DNA of 64,000 nucleotides from assembly GCA_977017645.1 (NCBI GenBank), contig OZ360245.1, forward strand, positions 38,254,001 through 38,318,000, in the 5' to 3' direction. The stretch comes from Torpedo marmorata. Taxonomy: Eukaryota. Positions within the stretch are counted from its first letter, which is position 1. Each line of letters opens with the position of its first letter. Shown one piece after another: positions 1 through 11,449 of the stretch. The notes below the pieces were generated by a model, which searched no databases, was not told the DNA's origin, and worked only from the letters and a program-made list of their open reading frames with translations. A program made the position numbers and the translations under genes.

Positions 1-160
1 AGGAAAATGCTGTGTCAATACATGTCTTCTGGTCTTTGAAGTTAATTTGTTTGTAGATTTGTGGGTTTGTCAGTTTGTGGACAGCTTTTTACTGAAGACT
101 GCGAGGCCCCGAAAACTGGGTTGAGAATATCCAAAATCACTTCTCTCACGACTCTAATGG

Positions 161-1068
161 CACTGCTTTTCTCGTTATACACCCATGACTGTGTGGCCAG
201 GCATAATTCCAATGCCATCTACAAGTTTGCCGATGACACCACAGTTGTCGGCAGAATCACAAACGGCAATGAGGAAGCATACAGGAGGGAGGTAGATCAG
301 CTCGTTGAATGGTGTAATGACAACAACCTTGCGCTCAATGTCAACAAAACCAAGGAGATGACTGTGGACTTCAGTAGGAAGTCAGGGGAACACGACCCAG
401 TCCTCATCGAGGGCTCAGTAGTGGAGAGGGTCAAGAACTTCAAATTCCTGGGTGTCAACATCTCCGAGGATCTGTCCTGGAGCCTCCACGTTGATGCAAT
501 CACAAAGAAGGCTCGCCAGCGGCTATACTTTGTGAGATGTCTGAGGAGATTCGGTATGTCACCGAAGACTCTCGTAAACTTCTACAGGTGTACCGTGGAG
601 AGCATTCTGGCTGGTTGCATCACTGCCTGGTATGGAGGCGCCAACTCTCAGGACAAGAATAAACTCCAGAGGGTTGTTGACTCAGCCTTTGACATCACAG
701 GCACCAGACTTCACTCCATCGAGGACATCTACATGAGGCGGTGTCTTAAAAAATCAGCCTCTATCCTCAAAGACCCCCACCACCCAAGCCATGCCCTCTT
801 CACTCTGCTACCATCGGGAAAAAGGTACAGGAGCCTAAAGAGGAGCACTCAACAGCACAAGGACAGCTTCTTCCCTGCTGCCATCAGATTCCTGAATAAT
901 CAATGAACCAAAGACACTGCCTTACCTTTTGTGCATTATTATTTATATATATATATTTTTATAGTAATGTCGTAAGATGGTTATAATATGAATGTTAATT
1001 GCACTATGATGCTGCCGCAAAACACCGAATTTCATGACTTGTTCATGACAATAAATTCTGATTCTGAT
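161..1068 (+). mobile_element. Rex1/Babar-type LINE, 5'-truncated 3' fragment (C-terminal half of RT plus 3' UTR)
   Basis: ORF 61..906 contains LLFSLYTHDC..IYKFADDTTVVG (RT catalytic FADD), KFLGV and KKARQRLYF; ends in AATAAA + (TTCTGA)n tail near 1050-1068; near-identical copy at 58867-59900 (-). Confidence 0.9.
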
Positions 1069-1779
1069 TAATGGGAGGTGACCTTGAGGCCATCAGTTTG
1101 GGTTGGACATGGATCCTATGAACCATTTTCCTTCTTCAGATTGGATGCAGAACAGTACAATGTTCTTTCAAAATATCAGTGAAGAAATTAAAAAAATTGT
1201 CTGCTCGTTTCACTAACGTGAGCCAATCACCCGCAGTATTTATACACTTTGGTTATAGAGAGTGAGTCAAGTGACTGTCTATTGAGTGCAGAGGTTAATG
1301 TTTATTTTTGGAGTTAACTGTGCTGGTTTGTGTTGGCCAAAGCTCTGGTCGAACCTTTGTGGATTGAAGAATGTGAGATATTTGTACTTTTAGTATCAAG
1401 GGCCTGTAAAGGAAAGCATGTTAACCGTGTTTATGTTGACAGACTGGGTCATAAATACTTGTGGTTTAATTGTAAAAATATTACATATTGATAGGAGCTG
1501 GCACCATGAATCTGTTAGCATTTCAGCTTGACTGAATGCTGAATTGAGGAATACTATGTGGGAGGTTTTCACCACTCGTTAATTTTCTTTGCCAGTCTCA
1601 TGCCCTCTCTTCCCCCTCTAAGCATCTTAACTCATGGTATGTAAAGTGAAAAAATCCTCTGCTCTCTCGATCGCTTTGATTAACATGAGCTTGAGAGATC
1701 ACTTTAAAATCCCCCTCTGGTTTACTCTTCCACCTCTGCCATCACTCCATTTCTTACATTACTTTCCACGTAACTGAGG

Positions 1780-1912
1780 GCAGCCTTTTTACTATTTCTG
1801 CTTACCATCCAGGGACCTGCACCATCCTTCCCAGTGAAGCAGCGATTCACGTACGTTGCAATTGGTGCTCCTGACGTGGTCTCTTCAACACTGGAGAAAC
1901 CGACTGCAGTTT
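1780..1912 (+). mobile_element. Degenerate Penelope-like element GIY-YIG endonuclease fragment
   Basis: CCAGGGACC..TTCCCAGTGAAGCAGCGATTCAC and CTCTTCAACACTGGAGAAACC resemble 51490-51600 of the better-preserved PLE copy. Confidence 0.5.
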
Positions 1913-1924
1913 GAATGGGGGCGA

Positions 1925-2170
1925 AGAGTCAACACGCAGGAGGGAGATTGAAAACTTGGCTGAATGGTGTACGTCTCACTCAATGTCACCAAAACCAAGG
2001 AGCTGATTGTAGACTTTAGGAAAGGAAAACCAGAGATGTATGAGCCAGTGATCAGAGGTGGAGAGGGTGAGCAAATTTAAATTCCTGGGAGTCATGATCT
2101 CAGAGGACTTTTCCTGGACCCAACCTACTAATGTCATTGTGAAGAAAGCACGTCAGCGCCTCTACTTTCT
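1925..2170 (+). mobile_element. Rex1/Babar RT fragment (second subfamily)
   Basis: Aligns by eye with 56670-56920 (GAGATTGAAAACTTGGCTGA..AAGAAAGCACGTCAGCGCCTCTACTT). Confidence 0.8.
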
Positions 2171-2536
2171 ATTCCTTTCACGATTCATCCTTGTGCTACT
2201 GTCATTTACCCATTGTATTTCCTGCATGTTCTAAGCCTGTCAAGTGCACAGCACCCAGTGATGACTTATTGACTGAAATTGGATCATTGTTCAACAAGGA
2301 ATACATCACACTGAAAGTGAATCATGCATGATTTAGTGAATCTCTGCTGGGACCTTGTTTTCATAATTTATACATCTCGACCCCACCCCTCAAGTCACTT
2401 CAATGGGTTCCAAATCTCTTTTTATCAGCAACCAGGGAACACTGATTTTTTTTTTTTGTCCACAGATGTCTCGAAATAATCCCCAGTGCTGCCTGTTTCC
2501 ACAATGCATGATACCACCCAGTTACATAGCACAGTT

Positions 2537-2753
2537 GAAGTGAAACACGAAAGTCTGCAGATGCTGCGATTGCAGTCAAAGCACAGAATTGGCGGAGGAA
2601 CTCAGCCGGTCTCGCAGCGTCCATAGGAGGTGAAGATATGTTCCCGAAGTTTCGGGCCTGAGCCATTCTCAGGCTCGAAACGTCAGTAGTATATATTTAC
2701 CTCCTGTGGACACTGCGAGACCGGCTGAGTTCCTCCAGCATTTCTGTGTTTTG
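2537..2753. mobile_element. Fold-back (inverted) PLE pseudo-LTR insertion
   Basis: Imperfect inverted arms meeting at TTTCGGGCCTGAG-CCATT-CTCAGGCTCGAAAC; 13-bp TSD ACATAGCACAGTT at 2524-2536 and 2754-2766. Confidence 0.85.
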
Positions 2754-3084
2754 ACATAGCACAGTTCACCTGTTCCTTGCATAAGGTGTGGATGTCACGG
2801 CAGAATCCTTTTAAACACCCTCCCAGCAGGCAGCAGGGCTCGTGCGTCTGCCATTGACAAACATGCAAGTCAATGTTTAATGCTCCTTCAAGGGAGAAAA
2901 GCGCAATAAAGTCCCTTAAAACGAGGATGTCCGATTCCTTGATTTATTTTTGGTGACCACCACCCCCATTTGTCACATTATATCTGGTGCAGCAAGAACG
3001 GTTCAAAAGCAAGCAGTCTAACAGGTCAACGCAAACGTACATACAGCTGTATGAAGTAGAAAGGCAAGAACACAATTAGAATTA

Positions 3085-3325
3085 GTTTTTTTAAGGTGAA
3101 TGGAGCAAAGTTTAGGGAGATGTCAGAGGAAAGTGTTTTTACACAGAGTGGTGGGTGCCTGGAATGTGTTGCTGGGTGGTGGAGGCTAGTACAATAGGGA
3201 TCTTTAAAAGACTCTTAAATAGGCACATGGATGTAAGAAAAATAGAGGGCTGTGAGGTAGGGAAGGATTAGATTGCTGTGGAGAAGGCTTACATAGTGGG
3301 CCGAAGGGTCTGTAGTGTGCAGTTG
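3085..3325 (+). mobile_element. CR1 LINE 3' end
   Basis: TTTTTACACAGAGTGGTGGGTGCCTGGAAT..GGGCCGAAGGGTCTGTAGTGTGC, the CR1 3' terminus seen in other copies here. Confidence 0.8.
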
Positions 3326-4403
3326 GCATTGGTGAAATCAAATTTCTAGTCAAATGTCTATCTATCCATCCTCTGTCAAAAGAAGAGATTATCCCTCGTG
3401 CTACATGGTGTCCGATTGAGGAGTCAACTCTGCCTCCTGCTGGAGAAAAACAGCAGTTCTTTGAAGGAATGAAATGTGTCATTCTGCGTTGCAGCAAATC
3501 TGGGACTTATTGGTTCAAGCTGTTTCGACAGCTGCAAACTTTGATTTGCTCTGCTGCATAATGTGGCATTAACCAACCAAAGGGGTACTTTACTGAGGCC
3601 TTCTAAACATAAGGCTAATTTGCATATTTTGCCTTCAGAGTTACAAAGCTGACAAATTGATTCTTTGGGGATATTAAATGTGCATTATATTTATTCAAAT
3701 GAACCCTTTTGGGATAGTAAATGTGCATTACATGTCATTTTCTAACCCTTGAGGCCTAATTAAGTTGAGCATATGATGCATTACTTCATAATTTTAGAAT
3801 AACTGGTTTTAAAAGTTTGTCACTCTCGCTTAGGGTTAGCACAAATGGCAAATAAGATAGCTTTGGTGTTGCAATCAACATTACAAATTGCCTTTGTAGT
3901 CATATTTCATCAGTAGAGAAAGCGTCGTTGTGATAAGGACCGAACATATGGAGTCAGAGTGTTGCCAGAGATTGCCAGTTGGAAAGCTGGCACTACTCAG
4001 TACTGACGTTGCACGTACATGACACAAGCTGAAAAAAAATCAGCTTACTCTTTAAAAAAAAATTTTTTTCGTGGAATGTCCTCTCCAGTCAGGAAGGTTT
4101 CAGGATTGTTCCTCGAGTTCTCAAACTTCGAGTTCCAAGTCCATGTTTTCGAACAAGGAATTCATACATGAAGTTCTGGAAATGTAAACTGGACCCTACT
4201 TTATTGAATCAGTGGAAGGAGAATTAATCCTACAGTCCGGCAAAGTGATCTGTAGAGCAAATATTAGAAATGTGTGTCCTGTTCATTGAGGCTTGGTCAA
4301 TTTTGTGAAACGAGAAGTCTTAACTGCAATAAGAGAGAATGTAATTCAATTCTAAAATAAAAGAGAACACCCAAGACAATCTTCCTGACTCTGGGATTTA
4401 TTC

Positions 4404-5157
4404 TCAAGATTCAAGATTCAATTTATTGTCATTGTAATAAAACAGTGTCCTATTACATGAAATTTCTTTTTGCCTGCTGCAAGGCAGACAGAGAAATTGC
4501 CTAAACGTCTCTAACATTCCTTACAGTCAGAGAAAGAGAAGCAAAAGAGAGTCCCCCCCCAGAGTCACCGAGTGTCCGTAGATTCGCCTCCAGCGCTTCC
4601 GCAGCCACAGAGTCCAGTCCAAACCATCGGCAACCCGAACCTTCGACACGGTCAGGAACCCTTCAGCACCCCCTCGCATCCCGGTTCTGATACCTGGTAC
4701 TCCTCCAGCCAGTTCGAGCCAGTCTCCAGCAGTCCGCAGCCTGGCGCGAGTCTCCCGCCAGCAGTCTCCAGCAGCCCACAGCCTCCGCGGGCTCCTCGCC
4801 TCGAGTCGCCAGCAGCCCGCCGCATGCACAGGTCCTTCAGCTTCAGAGCCCCTCAGTGGTCCGCCGCCGTGGTCACCGTCCCGTGGGTCGTCTCCTCCAC
4901 TTCTCCTTCTCAGACGGGGGGGGGTGATCTTCCCGTCCTCTGGTGCCCTGCTCCAGTCCTCCGCTTCCCCGGAGTGTGCAGCCCCTCGTGGCTGCTGCTG
5001 ATTAATATGTGCTGCCATCAAAGCCCGTGCGGAGCCGACGGCAGTCGACTGGGCGGCTGGACCCCGCGGGAGCGCTGCATCTCCCTCCCTTGCTCCCCGC
5101 GGGCCCGCACCAGCGGCAGCGCTGCCGCTACAGCGGCTCCGGCAGCGCCGCTATTTT
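4404..5157 (-). mobile_element. Non-coding GC-rich retroposon with (TCTTGAA)n tail, probably a non-autonomous LINE partner
   Basis: On the - strand it starts AAAATAGCGGCGCTGCC and ends GACAATAAATTGAA(TCTTGAA)n; a second 5'-truncated copy lies at about 61308-61610. Confidence 0.7.
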
Positions 5158-6383
5158 AGTAATCAGCATGGTAATCAGGAAATCTATTTAGAAATTCCTT
5201 AAATGGGATACCGAGCTCATGAGATGTGAATATAAATGTGTGAATACATTCCTCCTGTGGAAGGTTTGCATGTGCCAGGCACCCCTAAATCTTGTAGAAT
5301 TTCAGCAAATGGCAAAATTAAACAATTTGCTCACTCATATTTCAGAATGATAATTTTCTGAAAGTTTTGAAGTTTGTCACCAAATAATCACAGATCTACT
5401 GAAAAGGCAGCGATTTGTTTTTTTGCAGTTTTTTTCTGTTGTCTGTTGATATTTTATACTGCTTTCCCTTTTACTGAAGGCTTGAGACCTCCTCTGGGTT
5501 TGATTTCACAGATTACAAGTTTAGACAATGCAGTTCAAGTCCTGTATCTTTTAACTACTCCCTGCCTGAGAAAAATTAGAACTAGTTGGGTGAAGTACAA
5601 CTTGGATTTAAGCGTTATTCCTCTTGAAGTAATGAATATTCATCCCAATACCTGCCTAAATTTAGCATAGATCAAACATTTGCAACAGAGATTTAAACAT
5701 TCAAAGTTATCTCTGTCAGCAAAAGGATAATTTGCAGAGGAAATGGGGAAGGAATCGTTCAGTCAGGACAGGGATAATCTGCAAAGAAAATAGGGAAGTA
5801 AAATCCGAAATAATGGACAAGTGAAATTAACCTTAAGAACATATTTGAGACCAAACGCAGTTCCTTGTTGCTGTTTTGGGGTGATATACTTACAAATATC
5901 AATAGCTGATCCAGTGAGAAGGAATGCCCAATGATATTTGCAAGCATCCAAGCCCAGAGAACAGCTTGTGCGTGGAGTTTTGAGGTGTCTGCCTGATGCA
6001 ATCCAACCTGTAAGGCCTTTGAGCATCTAATTTTGTCAGCATGGACTGTGGGCCATTGGTCTTGAGTACATGCAAGGCCCAAGTTAGAAGGATTTTTCTG
6101 TGTCCGTGAAGACTGAAGTTGTTCAGCCTCTGTTTAGTTTTGCTTTGATCCTTTGGCCCCAGTTCTTATGGCCATCGTGTGAAAGGCACAAGCTTGATTA
6201 GGTAGTCAGCTTGTTGCTCCAGGCACGTACAGCCAAAGGTCCTGATGCCAATGCCCACATTCATTGAGATGCATTGTGATGTTGATATTGAGAGAAGAAC
6301 TAGCTTGGTGCATTAGGACACCTTTCTTGTGCTGATGACCATGACGGATGTGGTTTCTCCTACTTGAGCCCAGTGAATCAATA

Positions 6384-7148
6384 GGCTTTTCACACCGCCG
6401 AGTGTAAGTGGGCAAACCGGCCGATTTCCCGGGAACTTACCTGGAAAACGTGCAGTCTGAAAAGGCCCAACCTTGCATGGCAGGTCAAAATCGACCGGGC
6501 TCCGAGACCTAGTCAGGGGGGTACTCTCGGAGCCCGGACGAGTTAACCCGGCAACTGTCTTCTGGCGGTCTGAAAAAGCAAATGGCTTACCTGGTAAGAT
6601 TACTGACGTCAGCGCTTGCGTCACATAAAACCCATAACAATAGATATAAGAGATACAACGATATAAATGTTACTTTAACGATGCCAAAGGGAACTAAGCC
6701 ACAATATTAAAAGTATTTTAAAATTGAAAAATTGTAGCTTACCGAAATAAAAAAAAAACGGGCCCGCTCAGGATGGCGGCTCAATGCGGGATCAATGGCC
6801 ATTTTTTTTACCCATAATCCCCCACGCAGCTGGAACCGCTCTGCGTTTCCCTGGTGCTGGCAAAGTGGCAGAGTGGTTCCAGCTGCGTGGGAGATTATGG
6901 GTAACGAAGGCGGCCATTGATCCCGCATTGAGCCGCCGCCGCCCTGAGCGGGCCTGTTGTTTTTTGAAACATTTCCTGTGAGTGCGTAACACGTCACTCG
7001 CATCGTCATCGTTGGAGGCGGGACCGCCCTTAAAATGCCTGGTTGCTACTTCACCTGGTAAGTTAGGCTGCAGTCTGAAAGAACCTGGAGGTCCAGGCTT
7101 CCCTGGAACTTTTCCTGGGACACAAGACATCGGCGGTGTGAAAAGGCC
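6384..7148. mobile_element. MITE with GGC(C)TTTTCACACCGCCGA terminal inverted repeats, PIF/Harbinger-like
   Basis: Left GGCTTTTCACACCGCCGA and right TCGGCGGTGTGAAAAGGCC, flanked by TA on both sides; non-coding; internal hairpin 6757-6957. Superfamily inferred from TIR resemblance. Confidence 0.8.
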
Positions 7149-7456
7149 TAGTGTTCAATTGCTGTTCTCGACCCTAGGAACAATGTGACCAATGAGGGAG
7201 AACCAGAGTGGAGACAAAACATCTTTGTTACGGTTTCCCTGAGAACAAAGAGCTTGCTTCATAGATTCGACCAATCATTTTGGGTTTTTTTAGTTTGTAT
7301 AATTTTGATGACCATGTGGCTTTCAGAGACCAAATGAATGGGTTGCAAACTGAAATAGACTGTTCCAGCATATGCACTTTCATTCATCTGATTTCTACTG
7401 TAACAATTTAATTAAAAAGATTCATCTTATTTTTTTTCTTTCTCTTCTCTCTACAG

Positions 7457-8102
7457 TTACTGACTTCAGTGTCAGTGCACTAACAACAAATGAAACCCGA
7501 GATGCAAGAGGACCAAATGTCCCCAAGATATCAGGGTTAGAACGAAGTCAGGAGAAGAGTCAGGAAGGTTCCAAAGAACAGCTGCTTGTGCTTTCTGTGG
7601 CGAAGGAGCCTGTTCCACAGGCTCAGATCCCACCTCAACCCCAGCCCCAATCCCAGTCCCTGTCCCAATCCCAATCCCAAATAAAACTCTGTTCTCCACT
7701 TCCTGCGCAGAACCAGATTCCACAGATTCCATCCCACTCACAGCCAAAGGTTCTGCCGCCATCCCAGGCTCAACCCCAAACCCAATCGCAACCCCTCCTC
7801 CCGTCCCAGCCCCTCCTTCCGTCCCAGCCCCTCCTTCCGACCCAATCCGTACCTGTCCCTCAAACCCAACCCCAGCCCCAGTCCATATCTCAGCCCCCAA
7901 CTCAAGTGCAGGCTCAAACACCCCAGCACCAACCTCAAGCTCCCCAGCAGCAGCCTCAAGCTCCCCAGCACCAGCCTCACCCTCAGCCACCATCTCCCGC
8001 TCAGCCAGCTCTCCCAGCTCAACTTCCCTCTCGGCCAACATCGCGTAGCCTCCCCCAGTCTCTGTCAGTCTACAGCAGCAGCCTAAGTCTGAACAGCATA
8101 AG
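7457..8102 (+). CDS. AUTS2: AUTS2 coding exon (human exon 7 equivalent), Pro/Gln-rich
   Basis: Polypyrimidine tract + CTACAG| acceptor; encodes ..GPNVPKISGLERSQEKSQ..SLSVYSSSLSLNSI; AG|GTAAGA donor; phase 1 in, phase 2 out. Confidence 0.93.
7787..7985 (+). repeat. Coding minisatellites: 18-nt (SQPLLP)x3 and 21-nt (PQ[H/Q]QPQA)x~3
   Basis: CCCAGCCCCTCCTTCCGT-like units at about 7787-7840 and CCCCAGCA[C/G]CA[A/G]CCTCAAGCT units at 7921-7985. Confidence 0.85.
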
Positions 8103-8669
8103 GTAAGAACTTGAAACTGTTTATTGCTCTATGTATGTGTTCTGAAGATACTGAAGTTTCCCCAATAAGCTCTGGCAAGCAAATGTACTGATTTCCAACT
8201 TCAATTCACTTTATACTCAGTTTAGTTGTAAAGAATGAATGGTTTCAGCAGTGAGTGCTGTCTGAACAATCCAATGTGACATGATCACATTTGACATGAT
8301 CTTATGTGATGCAAGTGCAGAGAAAGTGTTAACTTCAAATACAAATTTTGTCCAATATTAAAATATTGACGTACAGCGATGGAAACAGAATGGTGTCTTA
8401 AAAGCACATAGAGGTAGCCAGGACTAGGGCAGATTGAATGCAAACACATAATCTGCAGTTCTCAGTGAATACTTCCCAAGTCTTCTCAAGTGAGACAACG
8501 CAGTCATTCTATTGAGGAGAAATGCAAAATAGTGGAAGGGACAAAAATAAAGAGGAAAAATTTAAGGATGCTTTTGGAAATACATAAATCATCAGACTTG
8601 CAGGAAATGCATCCCTAATGTTCTAGAAATGGTTCTGACCATCATCTCCCAATCTTGTCTCGGTACAAA

Positions 8670-8775
8670 CAAGATGCTGTGCAGAAATACTCGGCAGGTC
8701 AGGTAGCATCTATGGAGGGAGAAGCAGAACTAATGTTTTGGGATTGTGACCTTTCAAAAGAACCTTTCATCAGTT
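8670..8775 (-). mobile_element. Old PLE pseudo-LTR remnant
   Basis: GAAATACTCGGCAGGTCAGGTAGCATCTATGG..CCTTTCATCAG resembles the pLTR family. Confidence 0.55.
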
Positions 8776-9313
8776 CACGAGTTTAACTGATAGGTGTTTT
8801 GTTTGTCATATTGTTTCTTGTGAAACTCCATTTTAGTCCATTACATTGACAAATAACTTATCATTAAATGTAGTGGATCGACCATTAAATTAATTGATAA
8901 TATAAAAACTGGCTAAGCTCAGTTTGTTTATAGTTTCTCTCTGATAATGGTGCGGTGCTGTTGAAGATCCAGCTAACCGAAAGTCAAGCAAGTTACAGTA
9001 CTTAAATTCATTAATTTCTTATTTGTCAGGAGTTTGATTCTCCCTAGCATTTTTTTTTCTCTAGCGTAAAACACCGAAGAAACTTGCCAAATTCATCTGC
9101 AGTCTCACTGGTTTGAAAAACGACCTTTCTATTTACTCAGGTTCTACAAGCCCCATTTTCTTGAACCTATTCTTTCAAAGAGGCAGCATTCCAAATTGTC
9201 TTGTTTGGTCAGTCGAGATCACTGACTTCCTCTGACTTTAAATACAACTTCGCATGTGTGCTTTGCCTCATAAGATCAAGATAACAGTGCCGATCAACTT
9301 CCCAGCCTCAGGA

Positions 9314-9986
9314 GTAAAACACGAAAATCTGTAGACACCGTGGTTGAAGTAAAAAACACAAATGCTGGAGAAACTCAGCAGGTCAAACAGTGTCTTTTTT
9401 GTAGCAAAGGTAGAAATACATAACCGACGTTTCGGGCCTGAGCCCTTCATCAAAGTATGAGAAAATGCCGGCAGGTGTCTGAACAAAAGAGTGAGGGGGG
9501 GAAGGGGGGGTGGCAAAGGCAGGAGATGATAGGTGGACGTTAGACTTAGACTGGTTAACCATCTGAGTCCTAATAACAACAGTATACATATACTGTACTG
9601 GTGACAGAGTAAAATTGGCAATGTAATTACAGAGTAAAATTGGCAATGTAATTTGCCCATGCCCCATAATTCACTAAAGGTGTTCTAGGTCTAGCACCCA
9701 TTATGTGAATTACATTGCCAATTTTACTCTGTCACCAGTACAGTATATGTATACTGTTGTTATTAGGACTCAGATGGTTAACCAGTCTAAGTCTAACGTC
9801 CACCTATCATCTCCTGCCTTTGCCACCCCCCCTTCCCCCCCTCACTCTTTTGTTCAGACACCTGCCGGCATTTTCTCATACTTTGATGAAGGGCTCAGGC
9901 CCGAAACGTCGGTTATGTATTTCTACCTTTGCTACAAAAAAGACACTGTTTGACCTGCTGAGTTTCTCCAGCATTTGTGTTTTTTA
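9314..9986. mobile_element. PLE-derived fold-back insertion: perfect 279-bp inverted arms (9350-9628 / 9708-9986) with a 79-nt loop
   Basis: Arms read as exact reverse complements; 14-bp TSD TCCCAGCCTCAGGA at 9300-9313 and 9987-10000; pLTR part matches 46345-46540 and 51930-52156. Confidence 0.95.
9877..9917 (+). ncRNA. Minimal type I hammerhead-ribozyme motif in PLE pLTR (mirror copy at 9419-9459 on -)
   Basis: UUGAUGA (C3U core)-A-GGGC/UCAG/GCCC stem II-GAAA-CGUC; stem I CAUACU/GGU(U)AUG; palindromic ACGU stem III; predicted cleavage after GUC at 9910. Confidence 0.75.
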
Positions 9987-10234
9987 TCCCAGCCTCAGGA
10001 TCAGGATGTTCCACACTGCTCTTTACCAGCCTGCCCAAATCTCCGTGACCCATTCTCCTTATTGCAGCATCCATTCAGTAAGTGACATCCCACCCAGTCA
10101 CTGGAACACTACTGCTGGTTTCAGCGATAGAAGCTTCTATGCTGCATACTGAGATCTGCGAGAATTTTCAACATGAGTGTGGAGAATCGTTGCTGAAAGC
10201 AAAGTTTCAACACCGGGAAACCTGACCTTCACAT

Positions 10235-10480
10235 CTTCCTCCACCTCACCCATTTGTTTCTCCTCTCTCTCCTTCTGCCTCGGTCCACCATCCATCACCT
10301 CCCTCTGGTCCACCAATCCCCTGCTGGCCCCAGCCCTATCGCCTCCCACCCTGTACTCATTATTACCAGCTGTCTTTCCTCCACACTCGTGATGCTGAGG
10401 GACAGTTCTGGCCCGCAATGTTGACAATTCCTTTTTCTACCACTGATGCTGCTCGACCTGGAGTTCCTCCAGCTGGTTGT
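10235..10480 (+). mobile_element. Old PLE 3' region / pLTR remnant
   Basis: Pyrimidine-rich tract followed by GGCCCGCAATGTTGAC..GATGCTGCTCGACCTGGAGTTCCTCCAGC. Confidence 0.6.
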
Positions 10481-11134
10481 ATGTTGGTCATAATTGACAT
10501 TCTTGCCTTGCGTGCGACTTTCAAAAACAGCATCAAGGTTACACTGTATTTTTTGATGTCTGTTAATATCTTGTTTAGCTTCATCCCAAAATTACCACAA
10601 CTGTTTGGCGTCTGTATTCAACTTCCACTATTGTTTTCTTCCTCTCATCGTCCTTAGCTCTACCCATGGAGAGTCCATGTCATCCGAACTTGGATCTCTC
10701 CTCACTATTGAGTTAATCTCTCTAACTAGCACACAAGCTCAATTTCTTTTCCTTCAGTCCGGCGTTCTTAAATATTGAATACCCCTGGATGTTCAGTTCT
10801 CATTCTTGGTTCCTCGCACCCATGTCCATGTAATCTCAGCTATATCATTCCCATTTGCATCTAATTACATGATTAATTCACTTATGTTATTGTTAATGCT
10901 CTGCACTTTATGAAAAAGACTGACTTATTAAAGTCTTTAGTCTTTGTTACATTATTTTGCACTGTGGCCTTCTTTGGTTTTGCCTTTGATTTCTCCATCT
11001 TCCATGTTTGCTTTTCCTCTTTCCATCCTTTGTTTCCATTGTTCTTTGCCCTTCTTCTGTCTCCACTGTGCTGGATTCCCCTCCCTTGCTATTTTAGTTA
11101 GAACTGAATCCAACAGCTGGCAAATATTCCTCTT

Positions 11135-11330
11135 GGGAAACAAAGAATTGCTTGAGGAACTCAGCAGATCAGTCAGCATCCATGGGTAGAATCGGTCACT
11201 CAACATTTCAGCTGTGAACCCTTTATCAAGGCGAATATAGAATAGGTGAAATTACTTGCATAAAAGGGGAAAGAAGCTGGGGTAAGGGCCCAGAGTTCAC
11301 AGGACAGAAGGTGAGAGAGGTGGAAAGACA
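11135..11330 (-). mobile_element. Old PLE pLTR remnant
   Basis: GAGGAACTCAGCAGATCAGTCAGCATCCATGG..CCCTTTATCAAG followed by a purine-rich tract. Confidence 0.55.
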
Positions 11331-11449
11331 GGTAAAGGGAGAACCCTCTGAGGACATTGGTCCTGGACCTCCCTGTTCTGTGATCTCTCATGCGAGTGGT
11401 AAAGAGAGAAAAGGCAGTTAAAGGGTGTGCTCTCATGCAGCCCAAGGTA

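Noticed and set aside
4527-5191. 164-195 aa ORFs on both strands
   Set aside because: By-products of a GC-rich repeat with few stops; no recognisable domain; a second copy lies elsewhere in the window.
1-7456. Upstream AUTS2 exon (exon 6 equivalent), and exon 18 after 62153
   Set aside because: No matching peptide with splice sites found by eye; probably outside the window.
7472-8041. Antisense Gly/Leu/Glu-rich ORFs
   Set aside because: Shadow frames of the Pro/Gln-rich AUTS2 exon.
9268-10152. Duplicated ORFs on opposite strands (..YFDEGLRPETS..)
   Set aside because: Artefact of the palindrome; DEGLRPET is the translation of the hammerhead motif, not a protein domain.
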